Positions 12,067-26,870 are shown, numbered from the stretch's first letter. The stretch: 64,000 nt of DNA from Eledone cirrhosa (GCA_964016885.1 OZ024742.1:234298001-234362000); one strand, 5' to 3'. Program-made: numbers and translations. Notes: generated from the letters alone by a model not told the origin.

Positions 12067-15000
12067 TTAATTAAATTGTCATATTGGGTGCTGGGTTGAT
12101 AGAGTGCAGAACTAAATTCCTTTCAGTATTTGATTACACCCCTTTGCATTCTGAGTACAAATCACACTGGGGTGGATGTTACCTTTTATTCTCCTATGGT
12201 CAATAAATTAAAATAGTTGAGTTCAATCAAATCAAATTTACCTTTCTAGCTTTGATAAAATAAGTACCAATCAAGCACTGGCTTCAATCAACTAAATTCA
12301 TCACTATAAATGTATGACCTTGCGTCACTCTCAGAAATCCTCCTTGGGAGTTAATATCTTAACTATTTCTGTCTATGTTCTAACTTCTGAAGTCAATATT
12401 TCCTTTCTACATTCAATAAAATAAGTACCAGTTATGTGCTGGAGTCAATATAATAGACTGGGGCTTAGTGCCTAGATTAGATATCACTGAACTGAGATGG
12501 TTGGGTCATGTGTTGAGGAAGGATGAGAGGAGTGAGGGCAGGAAGTAGTAGAAGACATGGTTAACACAATAGAGGAGGAAGCGAGAGCCAAGGGGTTAGT
12601 GTGGAGTGGTGCAGGTGATAGGACAAATATGAGAAGCTTGTCATGGGACCTGCAAGGCTAACCCTTGTTTTAGTTGAGAAAATGTCTTAAAAATGCTTAT
12701 ATTAGTTCAGTTGAGTATCAGAAACAGTAGAGCATTAGGCTAAATGCTTTATAATATGAAATATAAAAATACCTTGTGGTATTTAAAGTTCCAGTTCAAA
12801 TCTTGGTAGGGCAGACTTAGCTGTTCATCAATTCTAGATGTTGATAAAAGAAAGTACTAATAATATAATGGAGATCCATTTGACTGACTATCCTTCCCCC
12901 ATAAATTTCTGGGCTTGCATTCTGAGTTCCTGCCCTGCTAGTGCAGTTTTACTGTTCTTATCTCCAAACTCCATAAGTACTAATCATATACTGTACCTGG
13001 TATTGATTTAACTATACTAAGGTATATTGGCATGATTGAAAAACTAAGACACTGCCTATAATTTTCAGTTAATTTTGATAATTATCAAAAATAACAAAAT
13101 ATCTCATTACTAAGATGGTATTTGGAGTATAATTTAAAGTTTCTTACATAACATTATGATGGGACGTTTTTAGATAAATATGAACACTTAAAAATAAAGT
13201 TTTGTGCCATAGAACCAGAGATGGTTTCAGGTATTATGATACCATAATCATCTTGTACAAATATTTGGTTTTTGTTAGAAACAATTATTACTAAAAATGA
13301 GGGTGGTAAATTGGCAGAATCAATGACATCAGACAAAATGCCTTGCAGTATAGAAGAATTACCCTAGATTAGGAAACAAGTAGAGATATTCTAGATTAAA
13401 GAAGGATAAATTTTAGATTAATATGGTTCATGTTCAGTTAATAAGTATCTAAAAGGAAAATATGAGCAAGAAGGGACATTTACATGTATGCAGTTCTGGG
13501 GAGGAAATATTGGAATAGTAAAAAAACATTATTATGAATAACAAAAGTGCAGTGGAATGACAAAATGGTAGACAATAACAAGCATTTTCAGAAAAATTTC
13601 CCTGCTCCTGCAGGCTCCATGACAAACTTTCCATTATCTCCTATCATCTGCATCTCATTGGCTTGAATTTCCTCTTCTATCACTAGTCATATCTTTTTTA
13701 ATCTTTCTCTTCTACTTCCTTCCACATTCATTTCTATCCCTCCTATCATTGACAGAAATGGTACTCTGCAATATTTTGTTTCATCCTTTTGTAATCCTAT
13801 GTTCAAATCCTACTAATACTAACTTTATTTTTCATGTTTTTATAGTCAATAATAGAATAAGTAGGCATATTTTGATATTTTATTAATTAGCTATAACTAT
13901 ATCTTACTCTTTCTAAAAAAGATTTGTGGCCTTGTTCCAACCTAAGGACTCATTATAAATGGTTTAAGAAAGGTGTAGTTGGCAAACTCAGTGCAGCGTC
14001 AGCTATGCATAACACTTGTTTACTTGTGAGTGTGCAGTCTAATTTTTCTTATGCATTGCACTGATTGCATAACATGTACATTCACACCCACTCAGAAGGA
14101 ACACTGGTGTACAGTACAACCTAATTTGCTGACTCCAGTTTATTTTTATATATTTTTGCCAGCTGTTTCACTTTCTGTTTATTCTATTTCTTCCTTTCTG
14201 AACACCACCCTTTATCATCATCACTGTTTAAAGTTTATTTGCCATGCTTTAATAGGTTAGACAAGCTGTCATGTTATGAGACCAGAAAAGTCAGGTGATC
14301 ACTTTGCTCAGACATACATTCTGTTTTTAACTTGGTTTTCTGTGGCTGAATGCCCTTTCTAATGCCAACCACTTTACAGTGTGTACTTGGAGCTTTTTTT
14401 TGTGGCACCAGCACTACCACTTTACAGGATGGATTAGGTGCTTTTACAGGATGAACTGCGTGCTTTTTTTATTTTAATATTTCAAAAAGCAATTTGAAGG
14501 TAGCAGAAGTGGAAGTGTGCTAGTTCTAAAAATGCCTTTCACTGTTTAGTTTCATCCACCTACAGTCCAGGTACAAATTCAACCAATCTTGGGTTGAGGG
14601 AGCATTCATATGGTAAAAGACATGAATATTGGTGATCTACACAATAAACACACGCAGTACACTCTGTAAAGTAGTTGTTGATAGAAAACCTGCCAAACAA
14701 AGGGTGGGACAAACTCGTCAGTTGTGTCAAACACATGACAACCTCCTTAGTGCTGGTACTAAATATCATATACTCAGTAGAGTATGGGAACATACATAAG
14801 CAAAGATATAGGTCCCTAGCCCATCTGAGAGGTTAGTAGTTCTACTTGAATTCTGACTCAGTCCGTGCTAGCAGGGAAGAGGGACGTTAAATGATAATAA
14901 TGACTACAGAAACGAATTAGGTGTAAATTATCAAGGATTTCATTAAAAAATATTTAGTTCACTTCATTCAAATTATGACCATCCCAATTTTTTTATGGCG

Positions 15001-15789
15001 TGAGAAAAATGAAGAAAAAAACCAAGACTCATCGGTTATCTTCAGACTAGGGATCTGGTCTAAATTGTAATAGAGAGTAGGTTTCACTAAAAGCATCATC
15101 CATGGGTCAAGGTAGTAGTATGGAACTATGGGACATTGTCTATTATCCGAGTATGTGTACAGTGCTTCCATCTCTTTACATCTATCCAATTTTACCCACA
15201 AGTCTTGGATCAATCCAAGGTTTTGATAGAAGACAATTGCTGTAGCCACTGCATGATGGTGCTGAACCTATAATCACATTAGTATAAAGCAAATGTCTTG
15301 ATCATATGGCCATGCTTGAGCTCATATGCAACAGGTCATACATGCACATGCAGTATCAGCGATATACTTTTCTTCAAAACAATGCAAATATCATGAAGCT
15401 CACTCTGTTTTTCATGACAGTGGAAACAAACAAAAATAAAAAACAATCCAGCTCATTTTTGTTTATTATAGTTCTCCACCGTGGTCATAAATGGAGTTCA
15501 AAACAGACTGCCTATAGGAGTTCCCATATACCAAATCAAAGAATTAGAGGAAATATTCAAAACATGAAAGTAGGGTCTAAAACCAAGAGAACTACTACCA
15601 GCAGGGAAGTAGCCATACTCCTTATGAAGAAATGAAGTAGGTTATGAACTCTATACTGCATATCCAATGCAAACGAATACATAAAAAGTACTGTGAGATC
15701 TCAACTAGACTGACAAAAAATATATACACAGGAGTAGTTAGCAGTTAGAGTTTCCAAGAAATAAATTCTTTAGCATTCTTAGAAGATTC

Positions 15790-16280
15790 CCTAAAAATTG
15801 TTAATGGTTTCTGTTACCTAGGAAACCTAATCAGCAGCAGAGGCAGGTGTTGTGAAAGTCTAATAACATGAGTAGCAATGGAGTATAAAACATTCAAGGA
15901 GTTATTACCTGTGTGTCAACAAAGGGCTTCTCTCTCCACGTGAATAGCAGATTATAATGGTTTCTAATTTAGGCACAAGGCCAGCAATTTTGGAGGAGAG
16001 GAAAGTCAATTAAATCAACCCTAGTATTATACTGGTACTTTATTTCAGCCAAAAGGATGAAAGGCAAAGCTAACCTTGGTGGGATTTGAACTCAAAACAT
16101 AAAGGGCCATACATGAATGCCAGATTATAATGCTTTTGTACAAAGTGGAGAATGTGAAGGCTGAAAATGAATGAGACAAGCATGCTCTAGTGGATGTTTA
16201 ATGTTAGTTTGCATGAATGCTGGAGCACAAGTGTTAGAGGAGAAGAATTGGGCATCAGATGAGTACAAAACGATTCTCTT
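15790..16280 (+). mobile_element. Decayed fragments of the RTE family seen at 1537-2280, interrupted by a SINE
   Basis: ttctgttacctagg and aagggcttctctctc...gcagatta resemble the reverse complement of about 1860-2120. Confidence 0.6.
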
Positions 16281-16842
16281 GCCAAAAGTGACAAAATATA
16301 GTATTGCGATGGTATGTACATAGGATGCATATGAATAATGTTTGAAAATGTGATGAATGATGCATGTAAAAGTAGCCTGCAAAGAGTGAAGGGTGATCTC
16401 ATGTTACTGGGCTTCATAAATCAGATGAAGAAAGATGCCGTGTTGAACTAGACCCATCCAACCCATGCCAGCATGGGAAAGCAGACATAAAAATGACAAT
16501 CTTCAGATTGCATAGGCAACCCTTTTTGAGCTGTGGGCTGCATAGTATGTAGCTTATAATGCAAGCTGCATTACTAAAAAATTCAAGGCAATTTTGAAAT
16601 CAGGTGTGTAATTCAAAAGCCAAACAGGCTGCAGTTTGCCTATGATTGGTCTAAGAAATTGAACTTTTTGATGACTGCCATATGTAAACACACTGCAGTT
16701 AAGTAGATTAGGTCTCTGATAAGCTTTTGGAATGGTTTTTAATTTTTGTCGCTAAACCTTAATTTTAAGGGTGTATAATAAAACGTTCATTTCTTTGGTT
16801 ACAGATTAATTTAATTTGGTGCATTATTTCTTTTATTACGAG

Positions 16843-17060
16843 AGTGGCGGATTGGCAGTTTTGGTAGAGTGTCAGAAAATATGCTTTGCCGCATATAGTC
16901 ATGGCCCTTTACATTCTGAGTTTAAATCATGCTAAAGTTAGTTTTGCCTTTCATCCTTACGGGGTTGATAAAATAAAGTACCAGTAATGCACTGGGATCG
17001 ATTTTAACCTCTTTTTCCTTCCCCTCAAATTGTTGGCCTTGTGCCTAAATCCTAAACTAT
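16843..17060 (+). mobile_element. SINE family 1 copy; others at about 15958-16120(-), 23430-23605(-), 27080-27300(+), 32070-32220(-)
   Basis: Same consensus as the 10-12 kb cluster. Confidence 0.85.
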
Positions 17061-17739
17061 TATTTCTTTTGTTACAGATTAATATGTTTTGATGCTTTCG
17101 TGATAGAATACTGGACAAAATAATGTGTAGTATTTGGTTACATTCTGGATTCAATCCAACTCTAATTGACTTTGCCTTTCATCCTTCTTAGTTTGATAAA
17201 ATAAATACCCATCTACGAGTATTGCAGACAGTATAGTCAACTATATCATGCTTTAGAGTGGCCACAGACCAATGACTAAAACTAGAAAAAGAAAAGAATA
17301 TGTTGTGATTCTGAACAAGGTACATAACTCTGCTTGCTTCAGTTTACCTGGTTAAGAAGAAATGGTTTTGACTCAAGAAAGGCATCTGGTAATAAAATCA
17401 AATGCTCCAACAAAAACCTATACATCTATGCAAGCAAGGGAAAATTGTTGTAAATCAATAAAAGAAATAAACGGAATACTGCTATATTATTGTGCAAGTT
17501 CACAAAAGAGAGTGTCTCTTTGCCTAACAATTTCACCAGAGAAGGTGTTAAGGAGGAAAGTGACCTTCATCTGTTCCTTAAAGAATGGAGGGAACATCCA
17601 TGTGTCCTAAAAAGAGTAGTTGGAAGAAATCCTAGCTGATGTGATCTATCAGGGTAGAAAGCCCATTTGTTAAAGGAGCAAGATTCACTTCATGGTTTTC
17701 TACCTAAAAGAATTGGAAAAACAGAAGAAAGAATACAAT

Positions 17740-18120
17740 GGCAAATACAAGCAACTGAAATAAGGTTCCTTCGAAGGGTATTTGGAGTAACATTACTTGA
17801 ATGAATCCATAGCCTGGAGATCAGAGAGTTGCTCCAGTTACAGCAGCTACTTCTCCGAATTGAAAGATTACAGTTCTGATATTATGGACATGTAGTTAGA
17901 ATGTCTCAAGAAAGAATCGCTTGACAAATTTTATGGGTAAAACCAACCAGCAGGGGACCCAGGTGTAGACCCTGAGCATGATAGTTGGATAACATCCATA
18001 AGCTTAGCTGGTCTTGCTTGGGTATCCAGCCATATCAACTGGAGACAGTTATTTCTGACAGGACCTGTTGGAAAGCATGCTTGAAGACTCTGTCCCCATG
18101 ACCCTCCCAGGAAGAAGAGA
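17740..18120 (+). mobile_element. 3' fragment of the same RTE family as 4330-6003
   Basis: Colinear similarity to 5625-6000 (gttagaatgtctcaagaaagaa, aaaaccaaccagcagg, ctgacaggacct). Confidence 0.85.
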
Positions 18121-21100
18121 AAAGTGCAGCAGATTCCAGAAATAAATGTTTGCAGAGCACCACCATTCAGAATTCTAAGGAAGCAAAAGAAATTACTTTC
18201 ATGTTTGTGTTAGAAGCTGTTGACTTGGAAGAGTATTAAGAAACTGAGAAGTTTTTCCCTCAGGGCAGAGGCTACAACAGGTAGTATCATATGGTTGTTT
18301 TCTGAAATTGAGTAAGAAATAGAAGCTGGAAAAGCATGGCAAACTATTTAAGACAGCAAGAAAAGAAAAGAAATAATAACAACTAAAGAGAAAACATTAA
18401 AAGCTCACACTGAAGACAAAGCAAGACACCCAAGAAGGAGGCCATCTTCCTCTGGAATGGCATGAAATTCAATTCTTCAAATCATCAATGATAAACTGGT
18501 GTGAATACAGTTCAATCAGAAGTGAGAAATAGGGAATAATATACTAACTGAAGAGGAAACGGGGTCCAATTTTATGTAGTACTTTAAGGACAGACTGTTG
18601 GTAAAAACAGTTATAGTTATAGTTCAGCTTCAAACAGGGTGCTTCTCACTTTATCTGAAACCAAAAATGCTCAAGGGTTTTTTCAGAAGTGCCAGTTTCC
18701 AGTACAAGAAGCAGCAGAGAGTTTAAGTCATGAGGAGTTCTGATTCCACTGAGATAATTGCTTCTAATGATGTGTATGTATGGGTGCATGGGTAGGGTTG
18801 CTCTTATTTGTCTTTATATTTATTTATGTACTTTGTGTGTATATATTTATTTGTACTTGTTCATGTCTGTGCTTTGACTATTATGATAAGAAGTATCTGG
18901 CTGCTGATTGCTGTCTTTTTAGATTATTTTAAGCCTGTAGTTAGAAGTTGACTAAAACATCATTGGAAAAATTTGAAATTAAGAATGTAGTCATCTCAGT
19001 GTAGATGACTATAATAATAGTCGATCACTATAAATAATAGTTGAAAATATTGGCTTAAATCTACCTGACTTTTTCAACTATGCTTCTAAAGTCAACCAGA
19101 TGTTCATATATATATATAAGAAGTGGCATTAACAAAGTGTACTTCATCATAGGGGTAATTATGAAAGCATATATGATATGTTTATCTTTAACAAACATAT
19201 GAGAGTCTGGCCATGAATTTAAGCTCTGATCATGTCACAGCTATCTCAGTAGTGATGAGAATGCCAGATAGCTGTTTCTAGATAGTTATCCATCACCAAT
19301 GACATTTAATCACTTGTTACTGAAACAAAATAAGCTCAAACGTATATGGTTTTGTGTATAAAACATTGGCCGGGGAAGCTCATTTGCATATAGTGTGAAT
19401 TTGATTAGGTAGTGGTAATACAAAGTGGCACTAACATAGCGTGGTTCATCATAGGGGTGTATACAAAGGCATATACAATGTTTATGTATAAAAGACAGTG
19501 TAATGCAGTCTTCGTACAATTTCTGTGTATATTGTCTATTACGATTTTATTTGATGTATCATATATACATATGATACAGCTAAAAAAGACTTGAACAGAA
19601 ATGGTGAGAACTGATCACAGAGATGACAAATCAATGCAACAGGTGGCAGGAAGCTGTGCTGGAAAGGTCCCATCCAACCCATGCAAGCATGAAAAAGTAG
19701 ATGTAAAATTGATGATGATGATGTAAACTTTGATGCTAAATGTTTAGGGGTGTGGCAGGGAGAGTATTTTTTTCTTTCTTTACCACAGTCATTAAGAAAT
19801 CTGTGAAGGATGCGAACCCTTCACTTGATTGGTAAACTGAGGAACAGAGATTTAAGTGTACTGTATCAAACGCTCATTGAAACACATGTGACAGAATTGA
19901 ACTCAAAGTCTTTGATTTGTTTCAGTTTGGTGTTCATGCCTACCCTTATCAAAGGTCGTCAATTTTGGGTAATGACTGAAAGAATAAGATTGGTAATACA
20001 AATGGCCGAAATGGAGTTCCTCTGAAGGGTTTTTGGAATAATGTTACACAATAAGATTTGATAGGCAAAGCCTTGACTATTTCATTTAGCTCTGCTATTA
20101 TTATTACTGTATGACTTGCATGAGTAAAAATACACAAAAATCCTATTTGTTGCTTGTGGAAATGTGTATGTGAATATGCATTTGTAAAACATAATTGGCA
20201 AAAGATTTTGTGGTGTGTCTGTGAGTGATAAAGAGAGAGAGAGAGAGAAATAACATGAAAAAGAAAATGAACCAGATCAAAAGTGTATGCTTAAAAGCCT
20301 ACCAACATAACTTAAGCTCAGTTCAAGGATGTTAAACGGCACTTGTTGAGTGTATAATCAGATTAAACACCTAAACAACTTAACTACTAACTATGATTAC
20401 ATAATAATAATGATGATAATGATGATAAGTTATAATAATATATGACCATATAATACAAAATGTGTCATACTGAAAGATTACAAAATATGTGGAAGTATAC
20501 AGATACAATAAAATGAGCAGAAAGCAAAAACGTAATACCGCATGAACAAGGAGACAGGCACCTCTTTATGAGAAACTTACAGCATCCTACATGGTTTTAG
20601 TTTGAATCCATTCTTCTTTTACCTTCCTAATCTCCTTGGTAGTTTCCCATTTTTCTCCAGTCTCCATTTCCTTCTCATCACTGTGAAACTATAGGTTGGA
20701 ACTGTTACTAAAAGACTCTGAATAAATTTGTGCTGGAAGGGGAAGAAGCCCTTTAGTCACTTGGTGTCCCATCTCATTGTCCATTGATGTTTATGTAACT
20801 GTGGAACCCCTATCTCTATTTATACTCTGGTTTATCTTTGGAGTGGCAACCAGTGATGTTGTGGAAACAGTAACTGCACTAGTAGCTATTTTCACTGCAC
20901 TTCAGGAACTTGTTGTAGTCTCTTCTGCACCCCATGTTTATTTATTTTCTCTTCAGATGGACCTCAAGTGATTTTTATTGAGACTTCTGTAACAACTGAC
21001 CCTTCTTTCTTGCCTACAAGTTTATTGGTTTCCTTTCTGCTCCCACAATGTGTATAGTTCCAAGATAGCATGTATTTTTCAGTGGTGAATAGTATTTGAA

Positions 21101-21735
21101 GTCCATACAGAGCCATACAGAACTCATCAACCACATATGTTGTGCTACAAAGGTGAAAATGAGCCAAAGGTCCACATCATGACCAATATCTCTAGCTGTA
21201 AGCCTTGTTCTTCATATATTGTATTACCAGCCTATGAATAGATATGTAGCATATGAGCCCTGCCTCATTTTAAATAACAAGCACACACTTTCAACTCTTC
21301 CCTAGGCAAGGGAACATACATCCTATTATACATAAACTAGAACTTTCTTTAACTTCTCTTTTGAAGATATAAGGAAAACCCTTATAAGTGGCCGAAGAAG
21401 AAGTAGAAGAAGATATATATATACAAACAAAAGAAAGAGCAATCAATATTTAGCAGAAAAATAATATTATGCCTACATGGCATAATATTAATAAGAAAGA
21501 ATATATGTTATTGTTGTTATTTGTTATAGTGAGAAATGTAAGGTTTGTTAAGTGAGAGAGAGGCAAAGTTAGCCATAAAGTAAATGTTTGTTGAAGTAGT
21601 TGTAGTTCATTGTAGGCTTTGTAGAAAATATTATGAGACTTTATGATATTTTACAAGCTTTATTTACAACCGACCACAAATGTTAAGCTGGGTTGACAAG
21701 TCTAAGAAGAGAAGAAACAAAATTAAGAGTTTTAA

Positions 21736-21813
21736 GGAGTAAAGAAAAAGCGCTGTGCCGGGCCAAAGGAGGTCGGAGTAAAGAAAAAGCGCTGTGCCGG
21801 GCCAAAGGAGGTC
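21736..21813. repeat. Perfect 39-bp tandem duplication
   Basis: ggagtaaagaaaaagcgctgtgccgggccaaaggaggtc twice. Confidence 0.95.
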
Positions 21814-22953
21814 GACAGGCCAAATTGAAAATCTCACCGTTACATGATTGTGTGTTAACCTTTCAGAGTTCAAAGCAGCAAGAGAGAGAGAGTTTCGAAT
21901 CCGCCATGGGAATTTTTCCCTCTGGGCAGAAGTCGAGATACATTCTTCTACGCTGATAGCGATTGGCTGAACTGAGCTAAACAACGTATGGAGAATGTAT
22001 CCATGAGCCCTCGGAATGTAGGTCACTACAAATACATAATGTGGAAGTTGGAATATTTATATTAATAGTTTAACTTATGCACCATCAAGCTGTTACATAG
22101 ACATAAATATATCTAATCCCTTAGATGCGTTTAAATAAGCAAAAACGAAAATGGCAGTAAAGTGGCATGCTGTAAAAATCTCATGGATGGATCAGATCCC
22201 ATAGGGATTTTAACTTTTCAGTGACACCAACTCTTTCCAGTTCTATGCAGATATGGATGGCTTGGTGGCACTGTTTAGTCTGGCTTAGCAGAACAGTGAG
22301 GCAGTGAATGACAAGTTGTTTGGTAGTTGGTTGTAAGTTGTACTCTGAATACCTGATGTCACTACAGGGTTAATATAGGCATCATTTCAGTATCTCTTCG
22401 GTATGAGATTTAGTGCAAACACCCAATTGATGTATTTGATATTGCTGAGAAGTGATGCAGTGTTCTTTTGCTATACATGTTGGTTCGAAGATAAGGGCTG
22501 GCCTTCCTGCACATGCTCATTGTCTAGATGGAACTAACATGGTAACATAACATAGTATTTTGCTACCTCTGGAGAAACACTTTTTTAGCGAAATTCAAGC
22601 CATGATATTCAGGTCAGTGGCTTGAAATTCAATAATAAGGTGTTTCTCCATTAGCAGCAAATTGTTATGTCATTGTTCCTGTTGATAGACACCACTATGT
22701 GCAACCTTTTGCAGAGGCAAAGCTGGAAGTTGAAGCCTCCAGGGCAGTAAGTGGGTGCTCTGTCAAGAAGGTTTCATTTAACATTGGAGATGTTATTCCC
22801 TTGGTCTCAGAGCCTCCAGATGAAATAGGACAGGGAAGTGACAGGTGACAGGTTGCCCAATCAGATGGCCCAGAGGTGCTCGGCATATCTGTCCGCCAAA
22901 CGATGACCTGTTTGGCCAATATAGATGGCTACACAGTGTGCACCATATCTCGT

Positions 22954-23085
22954 GATACAGCTGTAATGTTATATTTAATTTTGTTTGTTAAAGGGAACTA
23001 TTATTACAGCTTTTCATGCACATACAAGAGCATGCTTGTAAAAATAACGGGAGGCTTCTGAAATAGAATTGCGCGGAGGAAAGAT
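22954..23085. repeat. About 130-bp direct repeat, second copy at 24795-24927
   Basis: cagctgtaatgttatatttaat...ggaactattattacagcttt...aaaataacggga..gcttctgaaatagaa...ggaggaaagat in both copies. Confidence 0.9.
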
Positions 23086-25009
23086 ATATATATGCATAAT
23101 ATAGGTAATATTAAAAGATCTAAAATAAATTTAATGTAATTATAGCTACAATTTTTTATTATAATCCTTGCTGTGAAAATAAACAAGAAAAACATGACAT
23201 TATCTTTACATGCTTCCAATTTAGTTTTCATCAGAAGACAAGTAACCATTTGTATGTATGTATGGTCCCGTAACTCCTGATAGAGTCGTAGTGGCGCAGT
23301 ATTGACATACAGCATTTATTGGGCATTTTAAGTCTGGCGGAGCGCATCCCTCTCCAGGCCTGGGTACAGCAGATATCTTCCAGAGAAAGATAGAAAGTGA
23401 GAGAGAGAGAGAGAGGAAATGAGAAAGAGATATAGAGGTAGAATCGACCCCAGTACTAGACTGGTACTTTGTTTTTACCGACCTTGAAAGAATGAAAGGC
23501 AAAGTTGACATCGGCGGGATTTGAACTCAGAGAGCAGAGAGCCGGAACTAATACTACAAAGCATTCTATCCGACGTTCTAACGACTCTGCCAATTTGTCT
23601 CCTCTAAGTAACCATATGCTTCCACTGAAAGAGAATTGATAGTCAGTCGCTAAGTCGAATACAAGCTAGAATGTAAATGAAATAGCCAGTTGAATTTGCA
23701 TAGAGTGCATTTGTTAAGAAATGCGATTAATTAAAATTATTTATGTACAACAAAGCGTATATTAGAATTATATTTTTCGTTTCCATTATATTAAGCAGAT
23801 GGATAAGACATTGATCTATTTGCAAATTACTTCACCTGTTGGAGGAATTAAACTAAGCAATGCAAGCATACAAAATCCCGCACCTGTACAGTGCTGCTGA
23901 TTACATCAGTGAGGAGCCACCGTGTCTGACTCTCCGCGGTCACTCAATTTGCTGGACTAGCGGTCAAATTTAAATATCATGAAAATTATTGTGTAGTGCT
24001 CAGGTGCACTACAAATCAAACCCTGCCGTATACAAACAGAAGTGGTCACGACTGTAACGTCTTGAGTCTGGTTGACCTGAGGCTAAATAACAAATTTAGA
24101 TCTTGTCATTTAAACTACCCTACTGACACAAGACACCCAACTTTTTAAGGAAATCTGGTGATATGGTTGAATTAATCTTTTTCGAGTATATTACTGGTAC
24201 ATATTTATGAACTCCAGAAGAAGGAAAGACAGTCATCCACAGCAGGGTTTAAACTCAGAAACACTTAGGGACATTTTGTCTGGTGCACTATGATCGTTAT
24301 CAAACCACTCTTGAGATATTAAATGTGATTATTTGTATACATTCCATTGAAATAAATATCGTTAAATGATTCCTCGGTTTATAAATTACAAAATTTTAAC
24401 TGGCTATGGACGGGAATATAATTGCTTAGTTTCTTATAGCGACGATGACAGTAATGAAAGAAATAACAAGCAATATATAAATAAATAACGAGCCTAAACA
24501 AATCTGACACTTTAGGGATGATTTAAAATTCATCTGCCATCATGACCTGAATTCTCTCAAAAATACACAAGTGGAATTCAATAATGTTAATGTTGACAAT
24601 TATTAGAAGTTTGTAAAATGATCGAATAATTATTCAACTTGGATCAAGTAGTGACACACGTGTTTTTGTTTATATCTTCATATAAATTTAACCTGGAGTA
24701 TTATTTCTGAGAATAATTAAAATAATTAGACAACGACTGGCGAAGGGAGTGTAGCGAGATTATTTCATAAGTTATTTTTAAAATACTCTAGTCTGATGCA
24801 GCTGTAATGTTATATTTAATGTTGTTTGTTTAACGGAACTATTATTACAGCTTTACATGCGGATACAGGAACGTGTTTGTAAAAATAACGGGATGGCTTC
24901 TGAAATAGAAATGCGTGGAGGAAAGATTGCTAAATAACAATTTCTTAACATGATTTTTTTTCAGTAGTACAGAGCAAGCATGGGGAAGGGGAGTAAATAT
25001 ATACATTTT

Positions 25010-26100
25010 TGATTGGATAAAAATTTGAATTGTCATGACGACATCGATTACAACGGCTACGATTGGTCGAATTCGTGGTTCGTCGTTCGATTAATGGAAT
25101 ATATACATGGTCGTTCAATTTTGTTTATTTTTGTCTGTCACACACTACTACTATTAGTAGTGGCGGCGAATGAATGATAAGCTGCTAAAAACAGCCACTG
25201 ACTTTGTATTATCATCCTCCTCCCATCCTCTTCATCATCATTATAACTGTGGTGGCAGCGATTTCTCTCGCTCGCTCTCACTAAACCACATGTATAAAAT
25301 CTTCATCAAATCAAGTTGCTTCGCTGCTTGCTTTTAATGCAAATGACAATTGGTAGAAATCTAATCAAAACGAAAATAGTAACACAAACATTGCCTTTGA
25401 CAGGTCGTGGGCATGATGAATAGATCAACCAAAACAAATTTTGGCTGCTGACATTAAAAATAACTAACTTTAAACGGTGGCTGAATTGATTAAAATCTAG
25501 TTTCAGTTGTCAAAAAAAAGTCAGCTCAAAACAAAACTAAAAAAAAAAAAGGAACTGTTTTTTAAAACTTTCCAAACACATACATACGTACTTAGACATA
25601 TTAGCATGCACATACCTCACTGTGTGAGGTGTGAGTTTTAATGCGTGTGTAAGCTTTTGTATATACATATGTGCGTGTGTGTGTGGGTGTGAGTGGATGG
25701 TGCGCTTGAAGAACCCGTCCGTGTTGTTCGGCTCCTGGCAGACTGATCTTTTCTTCGTACGTTATTTTCTGGAAGTCTTTACCTGTTGGTGCAAGTCTTC
25801 CCTGTCACACGCACATACATTCACACGCATACAGGCACACACAAACACTAATACATATGATCGCTAATATAATATGCTCTGGGTGAAGAAAAACCAGAAT
25901 GTTATTATCGCCAACATAACAGAAAAACAGGATCACTAATAGCAACTGTCAACGCCCTATTATTGGTCAGATTGTTTATTATTTATTTCCATTCCCATCA
26001 TTTCGTTTCTTCGTGTCTTTCTGTTTTCAAAAATTTTGATCATTCCCTGTCTTTGGTGTTATTTAACCTCGGGCATCTTGTTATGCCGCTCGGACTAACT
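25010..26100 (+). promoter_or_regulatory. Candidate promoter/5'UTR region of the CDC14-like gene
   Basis: Relative CpG enrichment, ATTGG (CCAAT) boxes near 25012 and 25062, no SINEs, directly upstream of the candidate first exon. Confidence 0.3.
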
Positions 26101-26109
26101 CAACATACT

Positions 26110-26158
26110 ATGGCAGATGGATATGACGTGATAGGAGGTACAGCCGAGTACATTCCGG
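26110..26158 (+). CDS. CDC14A: Probable first coding exon of CDC14 dual-specificity phosphatase (MADGYDVIGGTAEYIP+1 nt); in-frame upstream ATG at 26083
   Basis: ATG followed by G|GTAGGT donor in phase 1. Peptide aligns by eye with the recalled human CDC14A N-terminus MAAESGELIGACEFMKD. Preceded by a relatively CpG-rich, SINE-free zone. No downstream exon recognised in the window. Confidence 0.5.
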
Positions 26159-26403
26159 GTAGGTTTAAATATTTAATTATTCAATGATTTATCTCAGTCT
26201 CTTTCAATAAATATACAAACATACATACAGACATACATACATACACATATGCACACATACCCACATACATACGCACATACAAACATACATACATAAACAT
26301 ATGTACTGCTACCTATTTCTGCTCTGGAGGCTTCAACTTCCAACCTATTTCTCATTGAGAAACTCCCCTGATTTTGATATATTAAATATGGTCCTTATTA
26401 CCA

Positions 26404-26500
<97 letters not shown>

Positions 26501-26698
26501 TACACACACACACATACACACATATATATATATATAGTCCAATTGTTTTTCTACACAAACTGTTGGTGATGAAAACTGCTTTGTTTTGGCACTGAATTTG
26601 AACTTGTCATTTATCAGTTGGCTGTAATCTGTCATTAACTATATTCGGTTGCTGATGTTGTTTAGCCCTAGGTCAGTCTTGACCGAGTTCATCTACTA

Positions 26699-26870
26699 CA
26701 GTGAAATTCCGTTATAATGAAATTCACAGGGTATAAAAAGTTCGTTGTAACGAAAAATTCTTTATAACGAGATCAATCTAATACATCGAGCGTGTGACCG
26801 GGGTTTGAAAAAAATTCGTTATTCTGAAAATTTGGTTATAATAGTATTCGTTATAACGGAATTTTACCTG
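26699..26870. mobile_element. Tc1/mariner (pogo/Tigger-like) MITE nested in another repeat
   Basis: TA|CAGTGAAATTCCGTTATAA ... TTATAACGGAATTTTACCTG|TA: terminal inverted repeats with TA duplication and internal cgttataa sub-repeats. Confidence 0.8.

Noticed and set aside
19120-19495. Two similar 65-bp segments with ATGATGA on the minus strand, as possible C/D snoRNAs
   Set aside because: No D box or terminal stem found at a suitable distance; treated as a local duplication
20640-22950. Possible decayed DNA transposase (piggyBac-like) fragments
   Set aside because: No catalytic motif or terminal repeat could be read with confidence
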